Source: a virus
Taxonomy: Duplodnaviria; Caudoviricetes
Length of the DNA stretch: 64,000 nt
Reading direction: 5' to 3' (one strand)
Virus record (IMG/VR): IMGVR_UViG_3300033075_001751
Location: 69,959 to 133,958 of that record
The notes under the pieces are model-generated. The model was not told where the DNA came from and searched no databases. It saw only the letters and a program-made list of their open reading frames with translations. Below, in pieces: positions 1 through 9,640 of the stretch (the stretch's first letter is position 1; every line of letters starts with the position of its first letter). The translations under genes were made by a program, and so were the position numbers.

Positions 1-1197
1 AGGAGCACATTCTTTGACGATGCACAATCCTTCGAAAGTACAGTTGTCACCCACAAAGTCCATCTCCTGTGCCTTGACTTCCACCGGATACCGCTCATAG
101 TAATCCGAAGTGTAGAAAGTACAGTTGGAAAAAGTTGTGTCGGTGTAAGCACCAGTGAGTGTCATACCTGCACAGGCACCATCAACGTGACCTGGAGAAA
201 CGTAAGTGTCCCATTCGTCAACACCACCGTTTGTACCAGGGGCGTACCAAGGCAAACCACTTTCGTCATACACGACAATATCAAGGAAAGGAGAAACAAC
301 CACCGAACCAAGAAGGCTGTTCGCCCATCCGATAAAGACCAAGGTAGAATCGACAGGAGCAACCGGATCATCCACAGGGCAACATCCGGTCCAAGTAGCT
401 GGATGGAAGTAACCGTTACGACCGACATAGCGCATCATCGGGCTACCTTGCACATCCACGCGCAACGTATAGGATTGGTTGCAAAGGAATTCTTTGCAAC
501 AACCGCTTGTCGATGCACGAACAGAATCAGTTGTGATTGTGCCGGCAAGAGTTCCCGGGATCTGTCCAGGACCAGAACCGATCGGAATCGTCAAAACTTC
601 TGCTCCTACATAACCAGTACCGGGGTTGGTAATGGTGACCGAAGAAATGTCAAAAGAGCCGTTGACGACAATCGTAACAATCAAACCTGTCCCGTTTCCA
701 CCTGTCGGTACAATACCGGTGTAAGTACCGGGAGTAGTGTACGTTCCTGGAGAAGCAATGCTCGTTGTCAATACAGCACCTCCAGCAGTGTATGCAGTAG
801 AGCCTACATGCACAATGCTTGGATTTGCAGTACAAGGATCAACCCTGTAAAAACGCGATACGCGCTTAGGATCGATCACTTTGCTTTTGAAAGACTCTTG
901 GTAGCCACCATGGAACTTTCCGATTTTGTCTTTCGAAATAATCGATGCACTTGCCAAAACCAAGGGGCAACAATTGCTCGGAGCTGTCGTGACGACCTCC
1001 CAGGTTTTTGGGTCAAAAAACCCAAAAGATCCTTTTCCGAGAGTTGCTCCAATCAAATCTTGCGTACCATAGGTACCGCCGGAGATGAACCCGCTATTGA
1101 CGGATTGATTCGCGTTGTGTCCAGGTTGACCGAACGCTGGATTCACCTTGTTTCCGAGGTGGATCGTCTGGAGAGCTGTGATACTATCTGATCCCAT
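1..1197 (-). CDS. crAss-like virion structural protein (auxiliary capsid type), runs off the window edge
   Basis: Missing from the ORF track. ATG at 1197 opens a frame to base 1 (MGSDSITALQ...DKIGKFHGGYQESFKSKVIDP...CCKEFLCNQSYTLRVDVQGSP...). Lies downstream of the capsid gene block. Confidence 0.7.
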   Translation of the reverse strand, partial: MGSDSITALQTIHLGNKVNPAFGQPGHNANQSVNSGFISGGTYGTQDLIGATLGKGSFGFFDPKTWEVVTTAPSNCCPLVLASASIISKDKIGKFHGGYQESFKSKVIDPKRVSRFYRVDPCTANPSIVHVGSTAYTAGGAVLTTSIASPGTYTTPGTYTGIVPTGGNGTGLIVTIVVNGSFDISSVTITNPGTGYVGAEVLTIPIGSGPGQIPGTLAGTITTDSVRASTSGCCKEFLCNQSYTLRVDVQGSPMMRYVGRNGYFHPATWTGCCPVDDPVAPVDSTLVFIGWANSLLGSVVVSPFLDIVVYDESGLPWYAPGTNGGVDEWDTYVSPGHVDGACAGMTLTGAYTDTTFSNCTFYTSDYYERYPVEVKAQEMDFVGDNCTFEGLCIVKECAP

Positions 1198-1231
1198 AAT
1201 GGTAATACTTATTGTCTTTGTACTTTATTTT

Positions 1232-1969
1232 TTAATTACCGCGATCCGCGTCTTTTTCATTACGCTGACTTTGCGGCATGTTTTCAATATCTCCGGCGAT
1301 AATCGCGCAAGCTTCTGAAATAATCAACTCCATGATGTCCTCCTTGAATTCAAGGGTAGATTCAACTGTAGAAGTTGCAAGGGTATAAGGGTCTGCACTT
1401 CCGACAACTTGCATTTTCCTTGGTACCCTGTAATAGGTAAGATCGATGGAAGTTGCTGTAAAGTCATCTTTGAAAACCTTTGCTTTGTTTCCCGCAAGAG
1501 TTACAAAAGTTTCGGTCCAATCCCAACTAGGTTTTCTTTCAGAATCCCTGAGCAGTTGAGAAACGTTCAATTCTTCTGCAAGCCATACTTTGAAAGGTTG
1601 TGGTTTAGCACAACACTCTGATGTTGCAGCCATGTCGATCCTTTTGAAAGCAAGATAATCAACCGGCAACGCAGATTCATAAAATGTTTCTCTGTCAATG
1701 AACGGTAGAGACACGGTTTCCAGTAATACCTGAAGATCATCCACTCTACGACGAGATTGTTCGTCTCCCTGTCTTTGTGGGTTTAGCGGAGTAAGTTGCC
1801 TTCTCACCCATTCGATCTGACCCTTGTTGACAGCTTCAACAATTTGCCATGTTTCAAGATTGTCCATATCGAGACTGTCAAGCTTATTCAGCCTTTCTTT
1901 GATCTTCAATATGACTGTTCCATTCAACATGTTATTCTTGGTTCGGAAGGGTTTCCCCTTCCTCCCCAC
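1232..1969 (-). CDS. crAss-like head-tail ring/adaptor protein (likely start MLNGTV)
   Basis: LNKLDS...VNKGQIEWVRRQ...RRVDDLQVLL...LPVDYL...LTYYRVP pattern; position in the capsid operon. Confidence 0.6.
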   Translation of the reverse strand: MGRKGKPFRTKNNMLNGTVILKIKERLNKLDSLDMDNLETWQIVEAVNKGQIEWVRRQLTPLNPQRQGDEQSRRRVDDLQVLLETVSLPFIDRETFYESALPVDYLAFKRIDMAATSECCAKPQPFKVWLAEELNVSQLLRDSERKPSWDWTETFVTLAGNKAKVFKDDFTATSIDLTYYRVPRKMQVVGSADPYTLATSTVESTLEFKEDIMELIISEACAIIAGDIENMPQSQRNEKDADRGN

Positions 1970-1984
1970 TCATCTACGAAAATC

Positions 1985-3010
1985 TTACCTGTTCCACCGC
2001 TCCTGGTACATTTCCAGCAACCTTTTTGCGATCGATCCATTTGCAGGGTTTTCAACAAAAGCAAGAACTTCTTCTTTTGTCTTACCCATTGCCGTATCAT
2101 CGTGCAGCAAGTAGAACTGCTTGTCTTCTTTTTGGATAATACTTTTGCGAGCAAGAGCATCCATTGTGACGACATAGGAATTCAGCGCAGCATTTTCCAT
2201 TTTGTGGAATTTGATGAACTCGGCAGATGCCTTGTAACCAGCTTTCTCAAAATCAGTTTGACCATGAATGAACTGGTCGAGATCGAGATAGATAGTTTCC
2301 TGCGGAGTATTCTTGTTGTAGAACGCAGTTTGATTTCGTGTTACACGAATCGCAACTGCAATCAACGCCATTTTAGCAGGGTGCTTGTCTTTCAGCGTTT
2401 GGAGGATCGAGATTGCCTCGTTACGCAAAACGACCGGTGCGATATCGAATACTGCTGTTTCCATCGCCTCATCAAGATAATACTTGTTAGGCTTTGCCAC
2501 TGACTCCGCTTCCTGCTTGCTTCTGTGAATCAGCGAGAAACCACCTGCTTTGATTGCGCAGATCACCAACAAATCCATTGGGTCAGAAGAATCCAACCCT
2601 TTTGAAAAGTTGTCAACCGTCACCCGCACAGTGTTCCAAAACTTGGCATTGCCGGGTTTCAAATGCACAACTTTGTTCCAGAACTCTTTGTCTTCCACAT
2701 CAAGAACGTTGCCGGTAAGGGCTTTTTCAATGATGGCGACATTGGTACGGATCTGAAGTCTTGCAGTTGCCTGAGCAGTTTTTTCCATCCGCCTGATTTC
2801 AGGTGCTTCTTCATCAAGACCTGTAACGTACCTGAGAACTCCGCTACCGGGCATTGTTTCAATGCAGGTCAACTGTTCTACTTGATAAGTTCCTTCATGA
2901 AGGATCAAATCGTGACGTTCCAGACCCATGTTTGCTACACCTGGTCTCATGTAGGGACGGATGTAATAAAACCCCGCTTTACTTTCTTCTTTCCTTTTTG
3001 GTGCTTTCAT
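1985..3010 (-). CDS. conserved crAss-like capsid-operon protein
   Basis: 341 aa, RYVTGLDE motif, synteny just downstream of the major capsid gene. Confidence 0.55.
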   Translation of the reverse strand: MKAPKRKEESKAGFYYIRPYMRPGVANMGLERHDLILHEGTYQVEQLTCIETMPGSGVLRYVTGLDEEAPEIRRMEKTAQATARLQIRTNVAIIEKALTGNVLDVEDKEFWNKVVHLKPGNAKFWNTVRVTVDNFSKGLDSSDPMDLLVICAIKAGGFSLIHRSKQEAESVAKPNKYYLDEAMETAVFDIAPVVLRNEAISILQTLKDKHPAKMALIAVAIRVTRNQTAFYNKNTPQETIYLDLDQFIHGQTDFEKAGYKASAEFIKFHKMENAALNSYVVTMDALARKSIIQKEDKQFYLLHDDTAMGKTKEEVLAFVENPANGSIAKRLLEMYQERWNR

Positions 3011-3027
3011 TTTCGTAGATGATAATA

Positions 3028-3981
3028 TTATAGAGAAACAACTTCAAGAGCTGCGTTCACATCGATGTGCGAATCTACTGCAACAGTGTCAGTAGTCACA
3101 ATACCAAGCATGTAAAATCCCGAAGCCGGAATTGCAAAATCTGCAGATGTCTTTGCAGTCATGCTGTCTGCACCAGGAGCACTGTGCAATACAGTAGATC
3201 CCGATACCACTGTTCCCAAACTATAAACGTTCAACCCTGTTCCTCCGGAAGAAGCTGGTCTCGTAACCGGATACAATCCAAAAGTAAAGTCACCAGTGGG
3301 TGCGACATCATTTACAGAAAGAATGGTTTTGACACGCATTGTTCGGGTCACTCCAGCAATTGCAGGATATTCTGTTGCAGTGATATACATCAGAGCAACC
3401 GGTGTAGCAACGCCAGTACCTGACTTTACTAAAGCATCTCCTTTTCCAATCATGTAGGTTCCTGCTGTTTCACCGGCAGTGATTGATCCAGAACCTTCTC
3501 CTATTGGAAAAAACGTTTTACCTGTATTGACAAGAACCGAACCTCCAACAGCAATGAATGTTGCAGTAGTGGTACCTACTACAAAAGGATTTGTGAAGTC
3601 CAAGGAAAACAGGGAATTTCCGTTCACTGTTCCGTCAGCTACAGTGAACAATCGTCCTTCCACGAACTCGGAAGCTTCATCCAAGTCTTCATCGCGTACC
3701 CATGCTCCAGTCTTTACGACATAAAGACCATTGTTTGCACCGGTAGATTGATCTTTGACCAAGACAAGATCTCCTGCTACCACAGCAATACCGTCAATAG
3801 TTTGAGTTCCTGCAAGTGTAATGTTCCGGGTTGTAGCTACCCTTGCATGAAGAGCGGGAGCAAGCTTGTTCAGCTCGTCCACAATCAAATTCAAGTGGGC
3901 GAACTGTGCCATTTTCAGATCCCCGCTGTGTTTAAGCAGCGCGGGATCTGGTACGGATTGGGGTGCTTTGAAGTATTTCAT
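3028..3981 (-). CDS. head fibre/decoration protein
   Basis: ATTRNITLAGTQTIDG..VVAGDLVLVKDQ...NNGLYVV..GAWVR domain typical of phage fibre/decoration proteins; Thr/Gly-rich beta C-terminus. Confidence 0.65.
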   Translation of the reverse strand: MKYFKAPQSVPDPALLKHSGDLKMAQFAHLNLIVDELNKLAPALHARVATTRNITLAGTQTIDGIAVVAGDLVLVKDQSTGANNGLYVVKTGAWVRDEDLDEASEFVEGRLFTVADGTVNGNSLFSLDFTNPFVVGTTTATFIAVGGSVLVNTGKTFFPIGEGSGSITAGETAGTYMIGKGDALVKSGTGVATPVALMYITATEYPAIAGVTRTMRVKTILSVNDVAPTGDFTFGLYPVTRPASSGGTGLNVYSLGTVVSGSTVLHSAPGADSMTAKTSADFAIPASGFYMLGIVTTDTVAVDSHIDVNAALEVVSL

Positions 3982-5621
3982 TACAAGTGTCCCCCGGTTA
4001 CAGGATTCTTCATAACGATTTTCAAGACTTTCGTCGGGTCTTTCACCCAGATTGCCTGATGCGCTTGACGCATGTAAACTTTGTAACCGGAGAAGAGTCC
4101 GTTGGATTGGAAAGCACTTGGACGACCAAGGTAGTCACAGGTACCGTTCTGATAGAACCAGCGCAAGTTGTGCTGTTCTGCACGCTTCAAGAGGAAGATG
4201 TTGTCGTTGGTGTTGTCAGTCACATCAAAGATGATGAACGAGTAGCTGGACAACGGGAAACCATCCACCAAAGGATTCTCAATCGAGTTGGTGTTGTAGT
4301 TGTCAAACGCAGGGTTGTATTCGAACACCAGATTTGCAACACCGGGAATTGCGTAGCGGGTGAAAGTAGGAGTGATCCAACCCAACTCCAAACCTTGACC
4401 GGTAATAGAACCGATTTCCTTGGCGTTGATGACAAGACCAGAACCCAAACCTTCTGCAGCAATTGCCTTGGAAACCATTTGAAGTCCACCACGTCCTGTT
4501 TGGATGTGAATCAGACGATTGGATTCCGGATAACGCATGTCTTCTTTGCCGGCAAAGAAGTTATAGATTTCCGTGCGGAAAAGATCCAACGAGAAAGCCG
4601 GTTTGATGTAGATCAACATCGAACTATTGTTCAACTGCGTCCACAAACCGGTCGTCATACGCGATTCATCGATACCGTCATCGGTGATCTTGCCGCCCAA
4701 TCCCCACATGAGATAGGTCTCAAGGTCAACGCCGATTTTGGTGATACAGGCAGCTTCCAGTTTCGTGAGGAAAGACGCAGAAAGCTTACCGTCAGCAATA
4801 GCTTTTTTCGTTCCGTCTTTTCCAAGAGCACCGGTCAATTGGTTCAGATTGACGATAGAAGGATCAAGCTTTTTGTAATCTGCGTATTGCCAGATTTCCA
4901 TAATCGGAACTGTACCGCGACCAGTGAATCCGTAGGTACCGCGAATCAATTGGTCTGCACGCTCGGTGACGTGTTCCGAAACGTGAGCATCCGTGTTGCC
5001 GACATAGTTCATGAATTCACGGAAACCACTGCGGGTAACCACGTCATCATACTTTTGGGAGAATTCTCCTTTGGCAGATGTTTTGCGGAAATACTTGGTA
5101 TTGGGTTCCAAGAAGGCATTGTCCAGGAAACGGGTGCTGTCATTGTTGACAAGGCGGCAGGTGTAGATCACACCGTCACCAGTGGGTTGAATGTCATCCC
5201 CGGTAATGTAAAGTTCCGCACCGGAATACTTGTCATACGAAATGATGGCACCATGACCGAAATCACGACGGGACATCTTGATCCTGAAAGTCTGACCGTC
5301 GATACCTTTTGTGGTGTTCGAAGGTTCCATGTCTTCCACGATAAACGGAAGATCGTTGACAATCGGCATTTGCCATTTGTATTCCCCATTGGGGTTGTCA
5401 ACGGTAATCACGTTTTTGCCACCAAAATTTGCCATGGAATAAAGAGGCATTTCAACTTTTTGTTGAGCTGCCCAAATATCCACAGGACCCAAATCAGTCG
5501 GCTTGGGGTTACCAAGCTGTGTGCTGAGGTGAGCATACGTGATTTGGTTTGAATTGATTGCGTACTCAGTGTCACGCATGAACAAACCATTATTCAGAAC
5601 TGGTGTTCCTGTCGCTGCCAT
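3981..5621 (-). CDS. major capsid protein
   Basis: 546 aa with strong codon bias, C-terminal IWVKDPTKVLKI, position after portal and scaffold-like gene as in crAss-like phages. Confidence 0.85.
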   Translation of the reverse strand: MAATGTPVLNNGLFMRDTEYAINSNQITYAHLSTQLGNPKPTDLGPVDIWAAQQKVEMPLYSMANFGGKNVITVDNPNGEYKWQMPIVNDLPFIVEDMEPSNTTKGIDGQTFRIKMSRRDFGHGAIISYDKYSGAELYITGDDIQPTGDGVIYTCRLVNNDSTRFLDNAFLEPNTKYFRKTSAKGEFSQKYDDVVTRSGFREFMNYVGNTDAHVSEHVTERADQLIRGTYGFTGRGTVPIMEIWQYADYKKLDPSIVNLNQLTGALGKDGTKKAIADGKLSASFLTKLEAACITKIGVDLETYLMWGLGGKITDDGIDESRMTTGLWTQLNNSSMLIYIKPAFSLDLFRTEIYNFFAGKEDMRYPESNRLIHIQTGRGGLQMVSKAIAAEGLGSGLVINAKEIGSITGQGLELGWITPTFTRYAIPGVANLVFEYNPAFDNYNTNSIENPLVDGFPLSSYSFIIFDVTDNTNDNIFLLKRAEQHNLRWFYQNGTCDYLGRPSAFQSNGLFSGYKVYMRQAHQAIWVKDPTKVLKIVMKNPVTGGHL

Positions 5622-5626
5622 TCTAG

Positions 5627-6790
5627 TTATCGATTACTATTGATACTTTCAAATAAATTTCGCTGTACAGGGAGTTTCCTTGCACGGCTAGTACCCGTTT
5701 CTTCGGGTGATTTTTCGCTGTCGGAGGCAGTTTTTTCAGCTTCAGCTTGCTTCAATAACTTCCTGTTTTTCTCGGCTTCTGTGTTTGCTCCTGTCTGACG
5801 CACTTTTGCACGATATTCGTCTGGATTGCTCAGAAGATAAAGTGCTTCCATTACGAGAGGAAGATTAGGTTCGGTGCTTGTGTATTTCTCAAGCAACTTA
5901 CCCATGAGGTTGGTTGGTTTGCCATTTGCTGCCTGATGGTTCATTGAAACCAATCCTTCCACAAGGGAAGTTTTCATTTTGGGTTCAAGTTTGATACCGC
6001 TCAGTTCTCCTTTTTCAACAACCGCTTTGACAGCTGCTGTGAATTTTGCGCGGTTCTCCGCCACTTTGCGGCTATATTCTTGCTGCTCTTTCAAATGGGC
6101 ATCAGCCTCATCTTTCAGAATCTTATCCAACAATGGCTTGACGATTTTTGCTTTTGCTTCCATCGATCCTTTGCGATCTTTGAGAGCAGCAACTTCAGAT
6201 TCGATCAGTTCATCCGGTTCGTCTTTGAGAATCATGTAATTACGAATGATCATTTCGTGATGATCCGGATTCGTAACGTCCAATTCGCGTTGTTCGCGTA
6301 TCTGACCGAGCATTGCCAAAGTACCGGTAATGTCAGTACCTCCGTTTTTGACATAATCCCGAAGATATTCCATTTCTTCCGGCATGTCAGCAAATGCTTC
6401 ATCGCGACCTTGGTTGCGTGCATCTTCCAGGTTTGCAAGAATCAAGTCTTCAGTTTCTTTCTCGTCGTACTCTTCCGGTTTTTTACCGTCATCAAATGCA
6501 AAAAGAGCACCTCCTGCAATCAATTTAGATACAACGGTGAGAGGAGAAGATAAAGGAGTTGTTTTTGACTCGACTGTTTCTGTAACAACTTTTTCGAACA
6601 AAGAATCATCTTCTTTCTCTTCTTCTTTTTTATCCTCTTTATCTTCGTCGAGGAAAGAAGTTTCAAGCTTTCTTGTAAAAGGAGTAACCGGAGGTTCCAC
6701 TTTAGGTGTACCGGTAATACCTCCGAAGATCTCTGACATCAGAGATTCGTCGACTTCCTCCTTTACTATCGTTGTTTCTTGTACTGACAT
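5627..6790 (-). CDS. acidic coiled-coil scaffold-like protein
   Basis: Glu/Asp/Lys-rich helical protein between portal and major capsid genes. Confidence 0.6.
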   Translation of the reverse strand: MSVQETTIVKEEVDESLMSEIFGGITGTPKVEPPVTPFTRKLETSFLDEDKEDKKEEEKEDDSLFEKVVTETVESKTTPLSSPLTVVSKLIAGGALFAFDDGKKPEEYDEKETEDLILANLEDARNQGRDEAFADMPEEMEYLRDYVKNGGTDITGTLAMLGQIREQRELDVTNPDHHEMIIRNYMILKDEPDELIESEVAALKDRKGSMEAKAKIVKPLLDKILKDEADAHLKEQQEYSRKVAENRAKFTAAVKAVVEKGELSGIKLEPKMKTSLVEGLVSMNHQAANGKPTNLMGKLLEKYTSTEPNLPLVMEALYLLSNPDEYRAKVRQTGANTEAEKNRKLLKQAEAEKTASDSEKSPEETGTSRARKLPVQRNLFESINSNR

Positions 6791-6880
6791 AACCTATTTC
6801 GTATTTGAGTGATTCGAAGATAAGAAGTGTTCTTATGTAACTATGAATACCTCTTATCTTTTATCTGATTACATAGCAAA

Positions 6881-9640
6881 CTATTTTTTCTTGGATGCCG
6901 GCTTTGGTTTTACATCAAATTTGTTTTTGTTCTGAACAGCTATCTGCAATTGTTTATCGGCAATTCGCTCTTTGGAAGTCATTTCCTTTTCCTTGAGTGC
7001 AAGTTTGCGATTTTCAATAGACATCTTGTTCTGATCCCGGGATTGCTCCAGGTTCATCTTCTGTTGATATTGACCTTCTTGTTGGATCCTTGCCATCGAG
7101 TCTTCGAAGTCACTACGCTTGTTTTGATCCAAGTCAACCAATGCACCCATACCGGCAGACTTGATTTCAGCTGCAAGGATTGCAGTTTCGTTATCATCAT
7201 CGTTGATCATTTTCTTGAACTCCCTTTCTGCATCCATCTCGGCTTTTTCTGCATCGAGTCTCATCTGTTCCAACTCTTTTTGATGAGCATATTCATCTTG
7301 CTTGAGTTTCATCTGCTTGTTTTCCATTTGCTTGAGCACATGTTGCATCTCAGGCAAGGAATCTGCAGTCATTACTTTTCCGATATCAAAGAGTGACGCG
7401 CCGACAGTATTATTTTCTATTGCAAGGTTTTGAAGTTTTTCGACCAATGCGCGACTATTGGTATTGGTGACGCACACTACACCAAGATCGCGCAAAAGGA
7501 GTTCAGATCCTTGTACTTCAAACATTGCACGTTCAGCACGATTGGTTACGTACTGCAGTTTGATCGAGGGTTTGGTAGAATTGTAATGTTGGGCAATATC
7601 AGTACGCATTGCATGGACCCGGGGCATCAAATGGTCGCAGTGGTTCATGAAGTATTTTTCCGTCTGTGCATGAGAATTGGACACAGCGAACCGGGTACCC
7701 GTTGCCGATTGACCCTCCACAATTTCTCCCATTCTTTCGGGAGTAATTCCGATGACTTCAAATGCTCCTGCTTTTGCAAATTTTGCAATTTCGATGCGAG
7801 AAAAGAGTCTGTTTGTTTGAGACAGATCCATGACTTGCGCACCTGAAAATTGGGAAGGTCCGTTTTCCATGTTGGAAAGAGACTGGTCCACAGGAGCAAT
7901 CTGAAAATTCTTCATTGCAACATAGAATTTGGCGTAGTTGTTTTTACCCCAATCTTCTCCCATGCTGTGCTGCGGAATCATGTTGTGATCTAACAGTAAC
8001 ACTTGTCCCAGTTCGTCCACCAACATATCAGATACTTGGTTCAAGCACAAGTTGTGCATGACCTGATACGGTTTCATCAAATCCACCAGGCATACTGACT
8101 TGGTGTTGCGATCGGAAAATACCGCACCTTCTACCGGCAGTTTACATCCATAAGGATTTGAGTCACCCTTGAACTGAAACTTTAGCGGTCCGATTTCATT
8201 TTGGTTGATTCCGAGATAAATCGGAGCAACCTTGGATTCATCGCCGGTACCCCAAAAAATGGGTCTGTGAGGTCCAATCTTTACTGCACCCCATACCTGA
8301 TTCACCCAAATCCAATCAATGTGTTCACCGTAGACCAAATTGTCTGATTTCTTTTCTTTCAAAAGAGAAGTATCATACAAAGGTTTACAAGTGATTACGT
8401 AGGATTCATCGACAATGGTTTTGAATGTTTCCCCGTTGTCATCGACTTTGGTCAAGTAACCAATCTTGCGTTGAGACTTCCAGTAGACAGTAGTAACCCG
8501 TAAACGACCCCACCGGTTGTTTCCATATCCGTCTTCAGAGTCAAGAAACATGTCTTCCACTACGTCAGTACGACCGATCGGGCTGTCGTAAAAAGAGTTG
8601 AACTGACGCATACCCAAACTTTGGCTGCGGTTCCATTCGTGACTTTCTCCTTTGTCCCAAAAATTTCCGTCATTCATCAATCCGCCCATCGGGTAGATCG
8701 CTCCTTTGACCGGATAGATATTTTCGAGCACTTCCATTTGCTCTTGTGTCATTCTCCATCCGTAAGTATCGATCACATCCGCGACACTCATCATGTCAAA
8801 TTTGCCGACCATGTTACCTTCGGAGATGTAACGCTTACCAGGTGACTTCTGGTAAAAAGTATAAAGAGGATTCCAGAGTTCGATTTCGTAATCGTCCTCT
8901 CCCATTTTAAAGTGCCAGAATTCACGGTCCGTGATCAAATAATCCCGGAAAGCCATTTCTTCCATTTCATCCAAGCGAAACCGTTCGGTATCCATGGTAA
9001 GCTGATGTTCCGCCCAAGTCTCGGCAATGTCACGGTATCCTTGTTCAGAGGTAAAGAAGTCTTGTATTTCCGGGAGCTGCTTGATTTCTTCCGGGTCCAT
9101 TGCTTGCTGAAACTCTTCAGAATTTTCATCCAGTCCTTGTCCGATGAGTCTTTGGGCATAGTCCTGTTGAGCGACAGACAAAAGCATTTCACCGATCATG
9201 TCGGTTTTTGCTTGCATCATGTCGTTGTATCCCCTTTCGTCAGTAGTCCGGAAGGTAACCCGGGTACTGCGTTTGGCAAATTCCGACACCATGGTATTGA
9301 TGACTGGAGGAATGATCGGAAAGAATTTCAAATCAAACACATTGGGATCGTCGGTATTCATCAAACCAATCAAGTCTCCCATTTCAGGATCATCGTCTTG
9401 AGGAAGATAGTCGTCCTTATCGATGATACCTTCTGCAAGTTTGTAATTTTTGGTAAGCCGGCGAGCATTACGAGTTACAAGCTCAAGACCCAAACGCTCA
9501 TACCAGTCAACATTGGAAGTCTTCCACCATTGATCTTTTTCCTTCATTGGAAGGAATTGACGCGGTTGGGTAAGCGTTCCTAACCTGGGAGAACCAGGTT
9601 TCTTTCCATTTGCAAGTTGCTTTGAGCTGTATACTTCCAT
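6881..9640 (-). CDS. portal protein
   Basis: 919 aa, KFFPIIPPVINTMVSEF, KLPVEG...LVDLMKPYQ motifs, long C-terminal coiled coil; follows the terminase. Confidence 0.88.
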   Translation of the reverse strand: MEVYSSKQLANGKKPGSPRLGTLTQPRQFLPMKEKDQWWKTSNVDWYERLGLELVTRNARRLTKNYKLAEGIIDKDDYLPQDDDPEMGDLIGLMNTDDPNVFDLKFFPIIPPVINTMVSEFAKRSTRVTFRTTDERGYNDMMQAKTDMIGEMLLSVAQQDYAQRLIGQGLDENSEEFQQAMDPEEIKQLPEIQDFFTSEQGYRDIAETWAEHQLTMDTERFRLDEMEEMAFRDYLITDREFWHFKMGEDDYEIELWNPLYTFYQKSPGKRYISEGNMVGKFDMMSVADVIDTYGWRMTQEQMEVLENIYPVKGAIYPMGGLMNDGNFWDKGESHEWNRSQSLGMRQFNSFYDSPIGRTDVVEDMFLDSEDGYGNNRWGRLRVTTVYWKSQRKIGYLTKVDDNGETFKTIVDESYVITCKPLYDTSLLKEKKSDNLVYGEHIDWIWVNQVWGAVKIGPHRPIFWGTGDESKVAPIYLGINQNEIGPLKFQFKGDSNPYGCKLPVEGAVFSDRNTKSVCLVDLMKPYQVMHNLCLNQVSDMLVDELGQVLLLDHNMIPQHSMGEDWGKNNYAKFYVAMKNFQIAPVDQSLSNMENGPSQFSGAQVMDLSQTNRLFSRIEIAKFAKAGAFEVIGITPERMGEIVEGQSATGTRFAVSNSHAQTEKYFMNHCDHLMPRVHAMRTDIAQHYNSTKPSIKLQYVTNRAERAMFEVQGSELLLRDLGVVCVTNTNSRALVEKLQNLAIENNTVGASLFDIGKVMTADSLPEMQHVLKQMENKQMKLKQDEYAHQKELEQMRLDAEKAEMDAEREFKKMINDDDNETAILAAEIKSAGMGALVDLDQNKRSDFEDSMARIQQEGQYQQKMNLEQSRDQNKMSIENRKLALKEKEMTSKERIADKQLQIAVQNKNKFDVKPKPASKKK

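Noticed and set aside
187-1191. 334-aa plus-strand ORF
   Set aside because: Antisense shadow of the real minus-strand structural gene (1197 to the window edge); composition is not protein-like.
3987-5552. 521-aa plus-strand ORF
   Set aside because: Codon-aligned antisense shadow of the highly biased major capsid gene.
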